Positions 27,631-37,658 of a stretch of 64,000 nt of DNA are shown here, piece by piece. A program made the position numbers and the translations under genes. Below the pieces are notes generated by a model, which ran no database searches, was not told the DNA's origin, and saw nothing but the letters and a program-made list of their open reading frames with translations. The stretch comes from Clostridia bacterium (GTDB lineage Bacteria > Bacillota > Clostridia > Monoglobales > Firm-18). The first letter of the stretch is position 1. Each line of letters starts with the position of its first letter. Where the stretch lies: NCBI GenBank assembly GCA_045545235.1, contig JAZQAN010000010.1, forward strand, positions 26,267 through 90,266. Direction: 5' to 3'.

Positions 27631-28374
27631 TCAGTATAAAATATCTTTAAGATAAAGCCCCTGAGGTTCCGCTGTAATACCCGCACGTCTGCGGTCACAG
27701 CTTTTTATTACCTCCGGAATACTTTCCCAACTTATGCGTCCTATTCCGACGTATAACAATGTTCCTGAAATTATACGTACCATATTGTAAAGATATGCAT
27801 TTGCATTTATTTCAAATTCAATAATATCCTCATAGCTTCGCACATTAAGATAATTTATGGTACGTACTGTTGTTTTCTGGTTGCTCCCCTGAGTCATAAA
27901 ACCCGAAAAATCATGAGTCCCCTCAAAAAAGCCAACTGCTTTTTTTATATTTTCAACATTTACATTATATGGGAAGTGATAAGCGTAGTTTCTAAGAAAA
28001 GGATTTAAAATTTCAGAACAACAGGTTTTATATATATATGTTTTAGAATGGGCACTGAACCGCGAATTAAAATCTTCATCTGCTTCCGCAGCACTTTTTA
28101 CTCTTATATCCCCCGGAAGCTTTGTATTTAAAGCCAACGGAATCTTATTAGCAGGAATAGATAAATCACTTTTAAAATTACATACATAGTTTATGGCGTG
28201 GACGCCTGCATCCGTACGACTGCATCCTGTAACTTCTGCCTTTTGTTTAAATATTTTTTCTATTGCATTTTCCACAACCTCACATACAGTCACGGCATTA
28301 TTCTGTTTTTGCCAACCGTGATACGCAGTTCCGTCGTAGGAAAGACAAAGCTTATAGTTCAAGGTACTCACCAC
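27631..28374 (-). CDS. truA: tRNA pseudouridine(38-40) synthase
   Basis: LSYDGTAYHGWQKQ and catalytic GCSRTDAGVHA motifs. Conserved position after ecfT. Confidence 0.92.
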   Translation of the reverse strand: MVSTLNYKLCLSYDGTAYHGWQKQNNAVTVCEVVENAIEKIFKQKAEVTGCSRTDAGVHAINYVCNFKSDLSIPANKIPLALNTKLPGDIRVKSAAEADEDFNSRFSAHSKTYIYKTCCSEILNPFLRNYAYHFPYNVNVENIKKAVGFFEGTHDFSGFMTQGSNQKTTVRTINYLNVRSYEDIIEFEINANAYLYNMVRIISGTLLYVGIGRISWESIPEVIKSCDRRRAGITAEPQGLYLKDILY

Positions 28375-29174
28375 CTCAAAATATTTGTAAAAATTACAAC
28401 TGCCACAAACAGCAACATAACCATAACCGCAACACCATCGCGTACGCCAAGCTTCGGTTCATTCATTTTTGTTCTGTTTTTTCCACCGTGATAACAACGG
28501 CATTCCATAGCCATTGCAAGCTCATCGGCACGTCTGAATGCACTTATAAACAACGGAACAAGTAAAGGTATCAACGCCTTTGCACGTTTAAACACATTTC
28601 CGCTTTCAAAATCTGCACCTCTTGCAGTCTGGGCCTTTGTAATTTTATCGGTTTCCTCTAGTATTGTAGGAATGAATCTTAACGCTATACTCATCATCAT
28701 CGCAAGCTCGTGTGACGGCAATCCTATTTTGGAAAAAGGACTCAACAGTCTTTCCATACCATCAGTAAGCTCAATAGGTGAAGTTGTATAAGTAAGCAAT
28801 GATGTACCCATAACCAAAAAGGTTATGCGAAAAATCATATAAATTGCGTTTGCTACACCATCTTTTGTTACAACAATAAATCCCGCATTCCATAAAACCT
28901 CGCCGTTTCTTGTAAACAGTATATTAAGTATTGCAGTAAATACAACAAAAAACAACACAGGTTTAACGGCTTTTAGCATATATCCGAAAGGTATTTTCGA
29001 AATTCCAATCATAAATATCGTAAACAAAACAAGTGCAAGGTAACCATATATGCTGTTTATACAGAAAATAACAATCATAAAAACAACAGCAAGCACAATT
29101 TTAATTCTTGCATCCATATTGTGAATATACGACTCGCCGGGAAAATACTGTCCCAAGGTTATATCCTTAAGCAT
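28368..29174 (-). CDS. ecfT: Energy-coupling-factor transporter transmembrane component
   Basis: CbiQ/EcfT family membrane protein with the conserved ARG coupling helices ([12 protein letters not shown]..., [16 protein letters not shown]). Confidence 0.9.
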   Translation of the reverse strand: MLKDITLGQYFPGESYIHNMDARIKIVLAVVFMIVIFCINSIYGYLALVLFTIFMIGISKIPFGYMLKAVKPVLFFVVFTAILNILFTRNGEVLWNAGFIVVTKDGVANAIYMIFRITFLVMGTSLLTYTTSPIELTDGMERLLSPFSKIGLPSHELAMMMSIALRFIPTILEETDKITKAQTARGADFESGNVFKRAKALIPLLVPLFISAFRRADELAMAMECRCYHGGKNRTKMNEPKLGVRDGVAVMVMLLFVAVVIFTNILRW

Positions 29175-30882
29175 TTACAGCACCTCCGTTCATCTTAACC
29201 ATATATTCTACCGCACGCTCAACTGTGCATACTTTCACACCACAAAGTCTATCCATAAGTCGTGTTATCTGCGGTGCGGTAACCCCTATTTTTTCAAGAC
29301 TTTCATAATCCGAGAAAACTTCTATAGGCGTTCCGTCTGCAAAAATTTCTCCCTCATTCATAACTACAACACGTTTTGCACACTCTGCAACGTCTTCCAT
29401 ATCGTGAGAAACAAGCACTATGGTAATTCCATATTCATCGTGCATCTTTCTTATACGCTTCAAAAGTTTTTTTCTGCCCATAGGGTCAAGACCTGCAGTA
29501 GGCTCGTCAAGTACAAGAACTTCAGGCTGCATCGCAAGAATACCTGCAATTGCCACACGGCGTTTCTGACCACCCGAAAGTTCGAATGGCGATTTTTCAA
29601 GCCATTTTTCATCAACCCCTGCTATTTCACAGGCATATTTAACTCTTTCTTCCACTTCTTCATTGGTAAGCCCCATATTTTTAGGTCCAAAAGCAATATC
29701 AAGCCGTACAGTTTCTTCAAAAAGTTGGTGCTCGGGGTACTGAAAAACAAGACCAACAGTTGTTCTTATTTCCCTAAGACTTGTATTTTTATCACCAATG
29801 TTTTTTCCTTTTACCCATACTTCTCCGCTACTTGGCTTTGCAAGTGCATTGAACATCTGAAGCATAGTGGATTTACCGCTTCCCGTATGCCCTATAACTG
29901 CAAGAAAATCTCCTTTGTTAACATTAAGACTGATATTGTTAACCGCACTTTTCGAAGCCGGAGAATTAGATGCATATTCATAAGAAACATTTTTTAGTTC
30001 TATAACAGGTTCAACATTTACGGATTTTTTTTCAGCATCAAAAGCAACGGTGCCGCATTTTAAAAACGGCTTTATTTCAGCCACAGCCTGTTCTATTGTA
30101 AGTATATCATTTTTAATATCAAAACCGCATTTTTTTAGCCTGTATGCAAATTCGGTAACCTGAGGAACATCGAGTCCTATTTCTTTTATTTTTTCAACAT
30201 CTGCAAAAACTTTTTCAGGCTTATCATCAATTATTATTCTGCCATTATCCATTACAACTACACGGTCAGCAAGAACAGCCTCATCCATATTGTGTGTTAT
30301 AATCACAACAGTCATATTATTTTCCCTGTTCAGCCTTTTCAAGGTAGATAAAACCTCTCGTCTGCCTATTGGGTCAAGCATGGCAGTAGGCTCGTCAAGA
30401 ACTATATACTTAGGCTCCATAGCAAGTATTCCTGCAATTGCAATTCTTTGCTTCTGCCCCCCAGAAAGCAGATGTGGGGCACGTTTTTTAGCTTTAGACA
30501 TACCTACAGCCTCCAGAGCAGCATCAACACGACGACGTATTTCTGCTGATGGAACACCCATATTTTCAGGAGCAAATGCCACATCTTCTTCTACCACAGT
30601 AGCTACAATCTGATTATCGGGATTCTGAAAAACCATACCCACAGTCTGCCTTATATCATAAAGCAATTTTTCGTCAGATGTATCCATTTTCTCAACGTAA
30701 ACCTTTCCCCCTACAGGAAGGTTTATGGCATTAAAATGCTTCGCCAGGGTCGATTTACCGCTGCCGTTGTGTCCCAGAATAGCCGTAAACCCACCCTTGT
30801 GAATTTCAATATTAATATTTTTGAGAATGTTTGAATCCGCTTCCCCGTCATAACGAAAAACCAGATTTTCTGCTTTTATCAT
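29167..30882 (-). CDS. ecfA: Fused ECF-transporter ATPase (EcfA1-EcfA2 in a single 571-aa polypeptide)
   Basis: Two complete ABC cassettes in one ORF: GHNGSGKST...[17 protein letters not shown]...DEPT, then GHTGSGKST...[17 protein letters not shown]...DEPT. No stop or frameshift between them. Confidence 0.9.
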   Translation of the reverse strand: MIKAENLVFRYDGEADSNILKNINIEIHKGGFTAILGHNGSGKSTLAKHFNAINLPVGGKVYVEKMDTSDEKLLYDIRQTVGMVFQNPDNQIVATVVEEDVAFAPENMGVPSAEIRRRVDAALEAVGMSKAKKRAPHLLSGGQKQRIAIAGILAMEPKYIVLDEPTAMLDPIGRREVLSTLKRLNRENNMTVVIITHNMDEAVLADRVVVMDNGRIIIDDKPEKVFADVEKIKEIGLDVPQVTEFAYRLKKCGFDIKNDILTIEQAVAEIKPFLKCGTVAFDAEKKSVNVEPVIELKNVSYEYASNSPASKSAVNNISLNVNKGDFLAVIGHTGSGKSTMLQMFNALAKPSSGEVWVKGKNIGDKNTSLREIRTTVGLVFQYPEHQLFEETVRLDIAFGPKNMGLTNEEVEERVKYACEIAGVDEKWLEKSPFELSGGQKRRVAIAGILAMQPEVLVLDEPTAGLDPMGRKKLLKRIRKMHDEYGITIVLVSHDMEDVAECAKRVVVMNEGEIFADGTPIEVFSDYESLEKIGVTAPQITRLMDRLCGVKVCTVERAVEYMVKMNGGAVNA

Positions 30883-31749
30883 TTATTTCATCACCCATCT
30901 TGCAGATGAACCGCAAGGTAAAATCAAACCTTTATCCTTCATTGGAATACCAATTTCATCAGCAGTAGCTTCACCGCCGAATTTTTTACCAACAGTAAGG
31001 GTAAGTACATTTGCCATAGTTGCAGCACTCAACCCTGTAGTATATGAATTCAAAAGAACAAACAAAGGATTATCACTTAAAACCTCTGCACATTGTTCAA
31101 CAAAACCAAAAAGCTCTGTTTCGATTTTCCATACTTCACCACCCGGACCACGTCCATATGAAGGAGGGTCCATAATAATAGCATCATATTTTCTGCCACG
31201 GCGTATTTCACGCTGAACAAATTTCATACAGTCATCAACAATATATCGTATTGGTCTGTCTGCAATATTTGTAAGCTGAGCATTGTCTTTTGCGTGCGCA
31301 ACAATTCCTTTAGAAGCATCAACGTGACAAACCGATGCCCCTGCACAGGATGCTGCAACAGTTGCCCCGCCTGTATAGGCAAACAAATTGAGAACATTTA
31401 TAGGTCTGTTTGCATTTCTTATTAAATTATCCGCCCACTGCCAGTTAACAAGCTGTTCAGGAAACAAGCCCATATGTTTAAAGTTCATAGGCTTTATTTT
31501 AAATTTGTAATTCCCCTGTGAAATTGTCCAGCTTTCAGGCAAATCCTTAAAAAACTGCCACTGACCGCCACCACTGTTACTGCGGTTGTATCTGCCGTCG
31601 GCTTTTTTCCACAATGGGTTGTTGCTTTTACTTCCCCATACGGCTTGAGGGTCAGGTCTTACAAAAACGTACTTACCCCATCTTTCAAGTCTCTGACCAT
31701 CTGCTGCGTCTAAAAGTTCATAATCTTTCCAATCACTACTGTACCACAT
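30883..31749 (-). CDS. Class I SAM-dependent methyltransferase (RlmI/RlmK-like catalytic domain)
   Basis: SAM-binding motif VLNLFAYTGGATVAASCAGA.VCHVDASK and DAIIMDPPSYGRG motif IV. The stop abuts the ecfA start. Confidence 0.8.
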   Translation of the reverse strand: MWYSSDWKDYELLDAADGQRLERWGKYVFVRPDPQAVWGSKSNNPLWKKADGRYNRSNSGGGQWQFFKDLPESWTISQGNYKFKIKPMNFKHMGLFPEQLVNWQWADNLIRNANRPINVLNLFAYTGGATVAASCAGASVCHVDASKGIVAHAKDNAQLTNIADRPIRYIVDDCMKFVQREIRRGRKYDAIIMDPPSYGRGPGGEVWKIETELFGFVEQCAEVLSDNPLFVLLNSYTTGLSAATMANVLTLTVGKKFGGEATADEIGIPMKDKGLILPCGSSARWVMK

Positions 31750-31836
31750 ATATTAACCCCTAAATATTCAAAATAATTAACAATTTATTATACTATATAA
31801 ATCAAATTTTTTCAATAGGTATAACATCGCATAATT

Positions 31837-32652
31837 CTACAAATATTTTTTAAAATATTCCATACCATTCAGCACATATTCTGAATTTACAGATTCTACT
31901 ATCATATCCACCACACATATATTCTCATCAAGCTTTTTAAAGAGATAGTCAAAATCAACAACACCTGTGCCTGCAGGAACCACCTTTTTTTTGCCCTCAG
32001 CAATATCAATATCCTTAAGATGAACAAGACGTATTTTATCACGGAAATTATCTATATATAAATCAAGAATATCCTGTTGTCTGTCTATATTTTCGGCACT
32101 TAACAATCCTACAAAATCCAGAACACAGCACATATTAGGCGAATTTATTTCATCAAGAAACTTTCTGAACAAATCTATATTCCATATTGAGTGATGATAG
32201 CACACCTCAATTCCTACAGTTACCCCAAACTTTTCAGCACATTCTGCCATTTTTTTACCGGTTTCCACAACACGTCTGTAATTTTCTGCTGAACGTGTTT
32301 CTTCCAGGGTATCACGAACGCCTGTTTCGGTGCATATCATATCTGCCCCTACATATTTTGCAAATTCTGTATTTTTCATAAATCTTTCTGCTTCAGAATC
32401 CCCATCTGCCGCCATATTTATGTAGCAACCCAAAGAAGATATATGTATTCCTTCAAGCTTGTTTTTAATGTAATTTCCAAGTGCTGGTGTATAACAATTT
32501 TTACCCCAGTCAAATTCTGTTGATATTTTACCGGGAGTAAGCTGAATGCGATCTATATTATTTGATTTTAAATTAGCCGCAACCTGTTCAAAAGTTTCAG
32601 CCTTAAAAGCGTGCCCTGTTGCACCAAGATTTTTTATTGTCATATCATACAA
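31837..32652 (-). CDS. Sugar-phosphate isomerase/epimerase (xylose-isomerase-like TIM barrel)
   Basis: AP_endonuc_2-type pattern (GVTVGIEVCYHH...VLDFVG...VHLKD). Confidence 0.7.
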   Translation of the reverse strand: MYDMTIKNLGATGHAFKAETFEQVAANLKSNNIDRIQLTPGKISTEFDWGKNCYTPALGNYIKNKLEGIHISSLGCYINMAADGDSEAERFMKNTEFAKYVGADMICTETGVRDTLEETRSAENYRRVVETGKKMAECAEKFGVTVGIEVCYHHSIWNIDLFRKFLDEINSPNMCCVLDFVGLLSAENIDRQQDILDLYIDNFRDKIRLVHLKDIDIAEGKKKVVPAGTGVVDFDYLFKKLDENICVVDMIVESVNSEYVLNGMEYFKKYL

Positions 32653-32756
32653 CCCCCATAATTTACTTTATAACAATTATATATAAAAATTGTAATAAAT
32701 GCAATACAAACACACATAAAATTTAATATTGATTCTTTTATTTAAGAGGTGTTTTT

Positions 32757-33449
32757 ATGCTGTTTATAATCCGAAAAACTCAAATTTTTCTTTCGTGTGC
32801 CATCATATTTATTTTTGTGTTGTCTGTTACCGCATATAATTATGCTTCAAACCAACCATCTCCACAAACCAACGCCAACATTCTGGTTGTGGACGCAGGT
32901 CATGGCGGTATGGATGGAGGTGCCGTAGGAAATGAAGGAACACTTGAAAAAGACGTCAATTTAAAAGTTGCAATATATCTAAAAGAAATTGCAGAAAAAA
33001 ACGGTAAGAAAGTAATACTTACCAGAAATGAGGATGTGTCATTACATACAACTAAAAGCAGCAGGGTACGTGATCAGAAAAGGTCTGACCTTGAAAACAG
33101 ACGGCAAATATTACAAACCAATAATAATGGAATTTTTGTGAGCATACATATGAATAAATATGACAGCAAAACAGTAAGAGGTTCACAAGTTTTTTATGCC
33201 GATAATGACCAAAGCAGAATTCTCGCAAACAAAATTCAGGCTGCACTTATAAGCGGACTAGCAGACGGAAACAAAAGAATTGCAAAGCCAGCCCCTTCAA
33301 ACCTATATATTTTCAAAGGCTGTAATTCAACAGCCGTAGTTGTGGAATGTGGCTTTTTGTCATGCCCTGAAGAAGAAAAACTGCTTTCTGACACCAATTA
33401 TCAGAAAAAGCTTGCACAATGCATATACGATGGTATTTATAACAAATGA
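32757..33449 (+). CDS. cwlD: N-acetylmuramoyl-L-alanine amidase, CwlD-like (spore-cortex muramic-lactam formation)
   Basis: N-terminal anchor plus Amidase_3 motifs (VVDAGHGGMDGGAVG, EKDVNLKVA, FVSIHMN, ECGFLS). Size and architecture match CwlD. Confidence 0.8.
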   Translation: MLFIIRKTQIFLSCAIIFIFVLSVTAYNYASNQPSPQTNANILVVDAGHGGMDGGAVGNEGTLEKDVNLKVAIYLKEIAEKNGKKVILTRNEDVSLHTTKSSRVRDQKRSDLENRRQILQTNNNGIFVSIHMNKYDSKTVRGSQVFYADNDQSRILANKIQAALISGLADGNKRIAKPAPSNLYIFKGCNSTAVVVECGFLSCPEEEKLLSDTNYQKKLAQCIYDGIYNK

Positions 33450-33474
33450 GAGGTACAAAGCCCTCTCATTTGTT
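33441..33474. terminator. Shared hairpin between convergent cwlD and sleB-like genes
   Basis: 13-bp stem AACAAATGAGAGG / CCTCTCATTTGTT with an 8-nt loop. The cwlD TGA (33447-33449) and the sleB-like TAA (33473-33475) both lie in the arms. Confidence 0.65.
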
Positions 33475-34309
33475 ATAAATAGAAAGAATGATTGTGTATA
33501 GTAGTATAATATTTTCTGTTATTTACTATCCAGAAATTTGTTGCAATTTTTTTGTTCAGAAAGTACAGACAGTCACCTACATAATTTTCGCCGTACACTG
33601 CACGTTTTGCCGAATATACACTTTTTAGTGATGGGTTATTATAAATTGTACCATTTGCAACAGGTTGAAACTGAACACCATAATTGCGATCAAAAATCAC
33701 ACCATATATTGAATTGGGATATTCTTTGCTTTTAACACGGTTCAGCACTACATTTGCAACACCGATCTGCCCCTTTACAGGTTCTCCCTGACTTTCTGCA
33801 TGCACAATTCTTGAAAGCCACAAAACATCATCATAAGAATAATTATTTGCCCTGTATTTTACAGGCACATTAACCCCTTCCTTACTTATTTTTACCGCAT
33901 ATAAAATTTGGTCCCATTCCACCTTTGCCTCCGAATTTTCTGCAAAAAACCTAAGCGGAATCATTGTCCTGCCATTTTTAATATTTGCTTTTTCAGGCAT
34001 TTCCTTTTTTTCGCCATTTACATAGGCGTAGCTTTCTCCAATATAAAATTCAAGCTTACTGTAACCTCTTATTGTCGCCTTTTTAGAAGAATTATCCCAC
34101 TCTATGTCGGTAACCCCCAAGGCATTACAGATGGCACGCACAGGAATAAACGTTGTTCCGTCTTTTATATACGGACCCGAGTCTGTACTAATCTCCTTTT
34201 CATTAACATAAATACTGATTGGCATACTGTTATTGGCATACACCGAAATCATAGCCATTATAAATAGCAAAAACACAATACCCATAACAGTAAAAAGTTT
34301 TTTTAACAT
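33473..34309 (-). CDS. SleB/CwlJ-family cell-wall hydrolase with N-terminal copper-amine-oxidase-like (stalk) domain
   Basis: Signal peptide. Cu_amine_oxidN1-like segment (GPYIKDGTTFIPVRAICNALG). Hydrolase_2 core (LSRIVHAESQGEPVKGQIGVANVVLNRVKSKEYPNSIYGVIF...QF). Confidence 0.8.
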   Translation of the reverse strand: MLKKLFTVMGIVFLLFIMAMISVYANNSMPISIYVNEKEISTDSGPYIKDGTTFIPVRAICNALGVTDIEWDNSSKKATIRGYSKLEFYIGESYAYVNGEKKEMPEKANIKNGRTMIPLRFFAENSEAKVEWDQILYAVKISKEGVNVPVKYRANNYSYDDVLWLSRIVHAESQGEPVKGQIGVANVVLNRVKSKEYPNSIYGVIFDRNYGVQFQPVANGTIYNNPSLKSVYSAKRAVYGENYVGDCLYFLNKKIATNFWIVNNRKYYTTIHNHSFYL

Positions 34310-34400
34310 CTCTTTCTCCTTTCCGTATTAATGTCAATTACCCCAAAATTATATCACATTATGTAAACCTGTTCAATGTTCAAATACAGGTAATCCCGCC

Positions 34401-34435
34401 AAAAAAAGGATGCAAAAACTTTAGTTTCTGCACCC
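34401..34435 (-). terminator. clpC rho-independent terminator (strand-specific)
   Basis: Minus-strand GGGTGCAGAAAC-TAAA-GTTTTTGCATCC (two G-U pairs that would be A-C mismatches on the + strand), followed by T7. Confidence 0.8.
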
Positions 34436-34444
34436 TTTTAATTA

Positions 34445-36847
34445 TCACACTACCGTAAGTTGTTTTATCTTTAACTCATTGTCAAACACTATTTCATACT
34501 CTGTATGTTTTTTTATTTCACCTTTTAAAATTGCATCCGCAACATAATCCTCAACAGTACTCTGAACATTTCTTCTTAAAAATCTTGCACCGTATTCAGG
34601 GGCGTAAGAAATTTGAGAAATGTGCAAAACAACCGAATCATCAAATTTTACAAAAATACCGGTTTCACCTAATCTTACAGAAATTTCAGCAAGCATTTTT
34701 TTGCATATTTCCTTGATATTCTCTTTTGAAAGAGTATTGAAAACAACTATATTATCAACACGGTTTACAAATTCAGGTTTAAGAGTTTTTTTGAGTGCAT
34801 CATTTATTGATTTTTCAAAAGATTCTTCTCTTTCACCATTATCAAACCCAACAGTTTTTTTATTCAGAATATCAGCGGCGCCAATATTTGTAGTCATAAT
34901 CACAACTGTATTTCTAAAATCGGTTTTTCTGCCCTGAGAATCAGTAAGAATACCATCCTCCATTATCTGCAAAAGAATGTTAAGAACATCGGGATGTGCC
35001 TTTTCAATTTCATCAAAAAGCACTACAGAATATGGCTTTCTGCGTACATTTTCCGTAAGCTTGCCGCCGCTTTCATGCCCTACATATCCGGGAGGTGCAC
35101 CTATAAGCTTGGCTACGGAATGTTGTTCCATAAGCTCACTCATATCTATTCTTATAAGATTTTTATCACTGCCAAACACTACAGTTGCAAGTTGTTTTGC
35201 AAGCTCTGTCTTCCCAACTCCGGTAGGACCTGCAAACACAAATGTTCCCATAGGTCGCTGAGGATTTTTAAGTCCTGTTCTGCCACGTTTAATTGCCTTT
35301 GAAACTACGGAAACTGCCTTGTCCTGACCAATAATAACGTCCTTTAACAAATCTTCCATATTAAGCAAAGAGTTTTCTTCTTTTTCCGAAAGTTTTGTTA
35401 CAGGTATCCCTGTCCATTGTGCCACAACTTCCGCAATATGTTCAGGCATAAGCGTAAGTTCTTCATTAATAGCATTTTCGCTTTTTCTTGCAAATGAAAG
35501 TTCTTTTTTCAGTGATTGCACATTCATCCTGCATTGTGACGCCTTGTCAAAATCAGCATTTTTAAGGCTTTCATCAAGATTATCCTCTTCAAGTTTAATA
35601 CGTTTTTTCAACCGCACTATTTCTGAATTATCATCACCGTAATTTATTTTTATTCTTGATGCGGCTTCATCAACCAGATCTATGGCTTTATCGGGCAAAA
35701 ATCTATCCTGAATATACCTTACTGACATACTTACTGCCGCGTTTAAACTCTCGTTGGTTATTTTTACACCATGATGCTTTTCGTAATAGCCTTTAAGTCC
35801 TTCAAGTATTTTGTAACACTCATCCTCAGTAGGCTGTTCTACTGTTACAGGCTGAAAACGGCGTTCCAATGCAGAATCCTTTTCTATATGCTTACGGTAT
35901 TCATCAATTGTTGTTGCACCTATAAGCTGAATTTCGCCTCTTGCAAGCAACGGTTTCAGGATGTTAGCAGCATCTATTGATCCTTCAGCAGCACCTGCTC
36001 CGATGATTATATGCAATTCATCAATAAACAAAATAATATTTTCTGCGTCAATAACTTCGTCAAGAATTTTTTTAAGACGCTCTTCAAATTCTCCACGGTA
36101 CTTTGTTCCTGCAACCATAGATGACATATCCAATGATACAAGCCTTTTACCAATGAGATTACCGCTTATTTCTCGATTGCATATTTTTATTGCAATACCT
36201 TCAACAATAGCAGTTTTTCCAACCCCCGGCTCACCTATAAGGCAAGGATTATTCTTTGTACGTCTTGAAAGAATCTGCACCGCACGCTGAATTTCCTTTT
36301 CACGCCCAACTACCATATCAAGCTTTTCTTCAGTTGCAAGCTTTGTAAGGTCACGGGAATATTTATCCAGAGTAGGTGTTTTTTTCACAGGCTTAACCTC
36401 ACTACCCATAGATGAACATGCGATAACTGCTTTATCCTGCATTCTGCCAAGATTAACATTGAGTTTTTTCAATACCTGTACTGCAAGGTTGAATTCGTCA
36501 TCAAGTATGGCAAGAAATATATGCTCTGTACCAACCGATTTTTGCTTCATTCTTTCAGCTATTTTATATGCATTTTCTATAATTTCGCGTGTTTTTGGAG
36601 TAATACCCACATAAGGAGGATCATCATCACTGCTTTTAAAGCTCATATCCTCAACGGCAGAATATATTAATTCTTCAGAAACTCCTGACGTTTGCAAAAT
36701 TTTTGCTGCCACACAATCCTCCTCACGTATTAATCCAAGAAGAATATGTTCTGTACCAACATAACTTTGTCCAAATTCAATAACACTTTCTTTAGCATAC
36801 ATCAAAACACGTTCTGCACTTTTTGTAAAATTTGTTTCAGGAAACAC
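34445..36847 (-). CDS. clpC: ATP-dependent Clp protease ATP-binding subunit ClpC
   Basis: Double Clp_N repeat, AAA-1 (GEPGVGKTAIVEGIA), UVR-like middle segment, AAA-2 (GPTGVGKTELAKQLA), ClpB_D2-small domain. Confidence 0.95.
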   Translation of the reverse strand: MFPETNFTKSAERVLMYAKESVIEFGQSYVGTEHILLGLIREEDCVAAKILQTSGVSEELIYSAVEDMSFKSSDDDPPYVGITPKTREIIENAYKIAERMKQKSVGTEHIFLAILDDEFNLAVQVLKKLNVNLGRMQDKAVIACSSMGSEVKPVKKTPTLDKYSRDLTKLATEEKLDMVVGREKEIQRAVQILSRRTKNNPCLIGEPGVGKTAIVEGIAIKICNREISGNLIGKRLVSLDMSSMVAGTKYRGEFEERLKKILDEVIDAENIILFIDELHIIIGAGAAEGSIDAANILKPLLARGEIQLIGATTIDEYRKHIEKDSALERRFQPVTVEQPTEDECYKILEGLKGYYEKHHGVKITNESLNAAVSMSVRYIQDRFLPDKAIDLVDEAASRIKINYGDDNSEIVRLKKRIKLEEDNLDESLKNADFDKASQCRMNVQSLKKELSFARKSENAINEELTLMPEHIAEVVAQWTGIPVTKLSEKEENSLLNMEDLLKDVIIGQDKAVSVVSKAIKRGRTGLKNPQRPMGTFVFAGPTGVGKTELAKQLATVVFGSDKNLIRIDMSELMEQHSVAKLIGAPPGYVGHESGGKLTENVRRKPYSVVLFDEIEKAHPDVLNILLQIMEDGILTDSQGRKTDFRNTVVIMTTNIGAADILNKKTVGFDNGEREESFEKSINDALKKTLKPEFVNRVDNIVVFNTLSKENIKEICKKMLAEISVRLGETGIFVKFDDSVVLHISQISYAPEYGARFLRRNVQSTVEDYVADAILKGEIKKHTEYEIVFDNELKIKQLTVV

Positions 36848-36888
36848 AACATCACCTCTAATACAATTATTACCAATAACATTTAGGT

Positions 36889-36931
36889 TAAAACAAAAAT
36901 TTGCGGCACAGAAGCAAACTTCCGAGCCGCA
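36889..36931 (-). terminator. Probable terminator after the tyrosine-phosphatase gene
   Basis: Minus-strand TGCGGC-TCGGAAGTTTGCTTCTGT-GCCGCA (the inner part is also self-pairing), followed by AATTTTTGTTTT. Confidence 0.55.
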
Positions 36932-36944
36932 TTTGTGAAATATT

Positions 36945-37643
36945 TTAATTAATACTTAAATTTTTTAACATTTTTTCAGCATTGGACATATAGTATTCAA
37001 TATATTCATCCCCAAGCCTGCTTCTGATTTTATTTACAGCATACCCCATACAGGGCGGTCTTTGTTCCATATTATGACAGTCAGACCCTATAAAATGTGC
37101 CGCACCGTTTCTCATTAAAGTCATCGAATTTGATTTCTTTAAAAAATTTCCGAGATTATCAACATTAACCTGATGTTTAAGCCCCATACCCATAAGTGTA
37201 CTGATGTTTTCAGCACTTACCAAATCAATATATCTGTCAAGGTGGGCTATAATGATTTCCAGACTGTGTGATACTGAAATTTTAAAAATCTCTTCAAAAA
37301 CCCATGGTTCCCAACGGCAATAAGGCATTTCCAGAAGCAGATAGTCCGTATTGGCTATAGCAAGTTTTCGGATATCTTTCTTATGAAGTTCATAATCAAG
37401 CAAAACCTCTGCACCCAGTATTATTTCAACATCTTCAGGCACATAGCCTTTTATAGATTCATAAGATGCCCGTCTGTTAGCAAGAAATTCATCGATAGTA
37501 GTAAACTCTCCGTAAAAATGAGGTGTAGCAACTATTTTATTTACCCCAAAACCTTTTATTTCATCAATCATCCTCAAAGTTTCTTCAACATTTTTACTTC
37601 CATCGTCGATTCCCGGCAATATATGTGTATGTATATCTACCAT
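36945..37643 (-). CDS. PHP-family protein-tyrosine phosphatase (CpsB/YwqE type)
   Basis: MVDIHTHILPGIDDGS N-terminal metal motif, plus ATPH and GSDCHN motifs. Follows a BY-kinase pair. Confidence 0.88.
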   Translation of the reverse strand: MVDIHTHILPGIDDGSKNVEETLRMIDEIKGFGVNKIVATPHFYGEFTTIDEFLANRRASYESIKGYVPEDVEIILGAEVLLDYELHKKDIRKLAIANTDYLLLEMPYCRWEPWVFEEIFKISVSHSLEIIIAHLDRYIDLVSAENISTLMGMGLKHQVNVDNLGNFLKKSNSMTLMRNGAAHFIGSDCHNMEQRPPCMGYAVNKIRSRLGDEYIEYYMSNAEKMLKNLSIN

Positions 37644-37658
37644 ATAAAATTCCGCAAA

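Noticed and set aside
27621-27698. N-terminal extensions in the ORF track. This one overlaps truA by 68 nt. Others start at 1668, 2917, 9796, 9934, 12193, 15429, 19370, 20088, 38486, 42022, 53149, 56495, 58330, 60782 and 62991.
   Set aside because: In each case an internal ATG or TTG has a well-spaced Shine-Dalgarno and yields the family-typical N-terminus. The longer form has no SD and often overlaps the neighbouring gene or its terminator.
29404-29997. Long antisense ORFs inside well-supported genes. This one is 197 aa. Others lie at 3514-3966, 10949-11419, 12465-13004, 23465-23986, 26845-27315, 37383-37886 and 48680-49171.
   Set aside because: Each is opposite a gene with unambiguous family motifs. 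All lack SD sequences and give low-complexity products. I treat them as shadow frames.
36848-36944. Looked for a CtsR operator (tandem GGTCAAA heptads) upstream of clpC
   Set aside because: No GTCAAA repeat is present. The spacer contains only the upstream gene's terminator. ctsR/mcsA/mcsB are not adjacent here.
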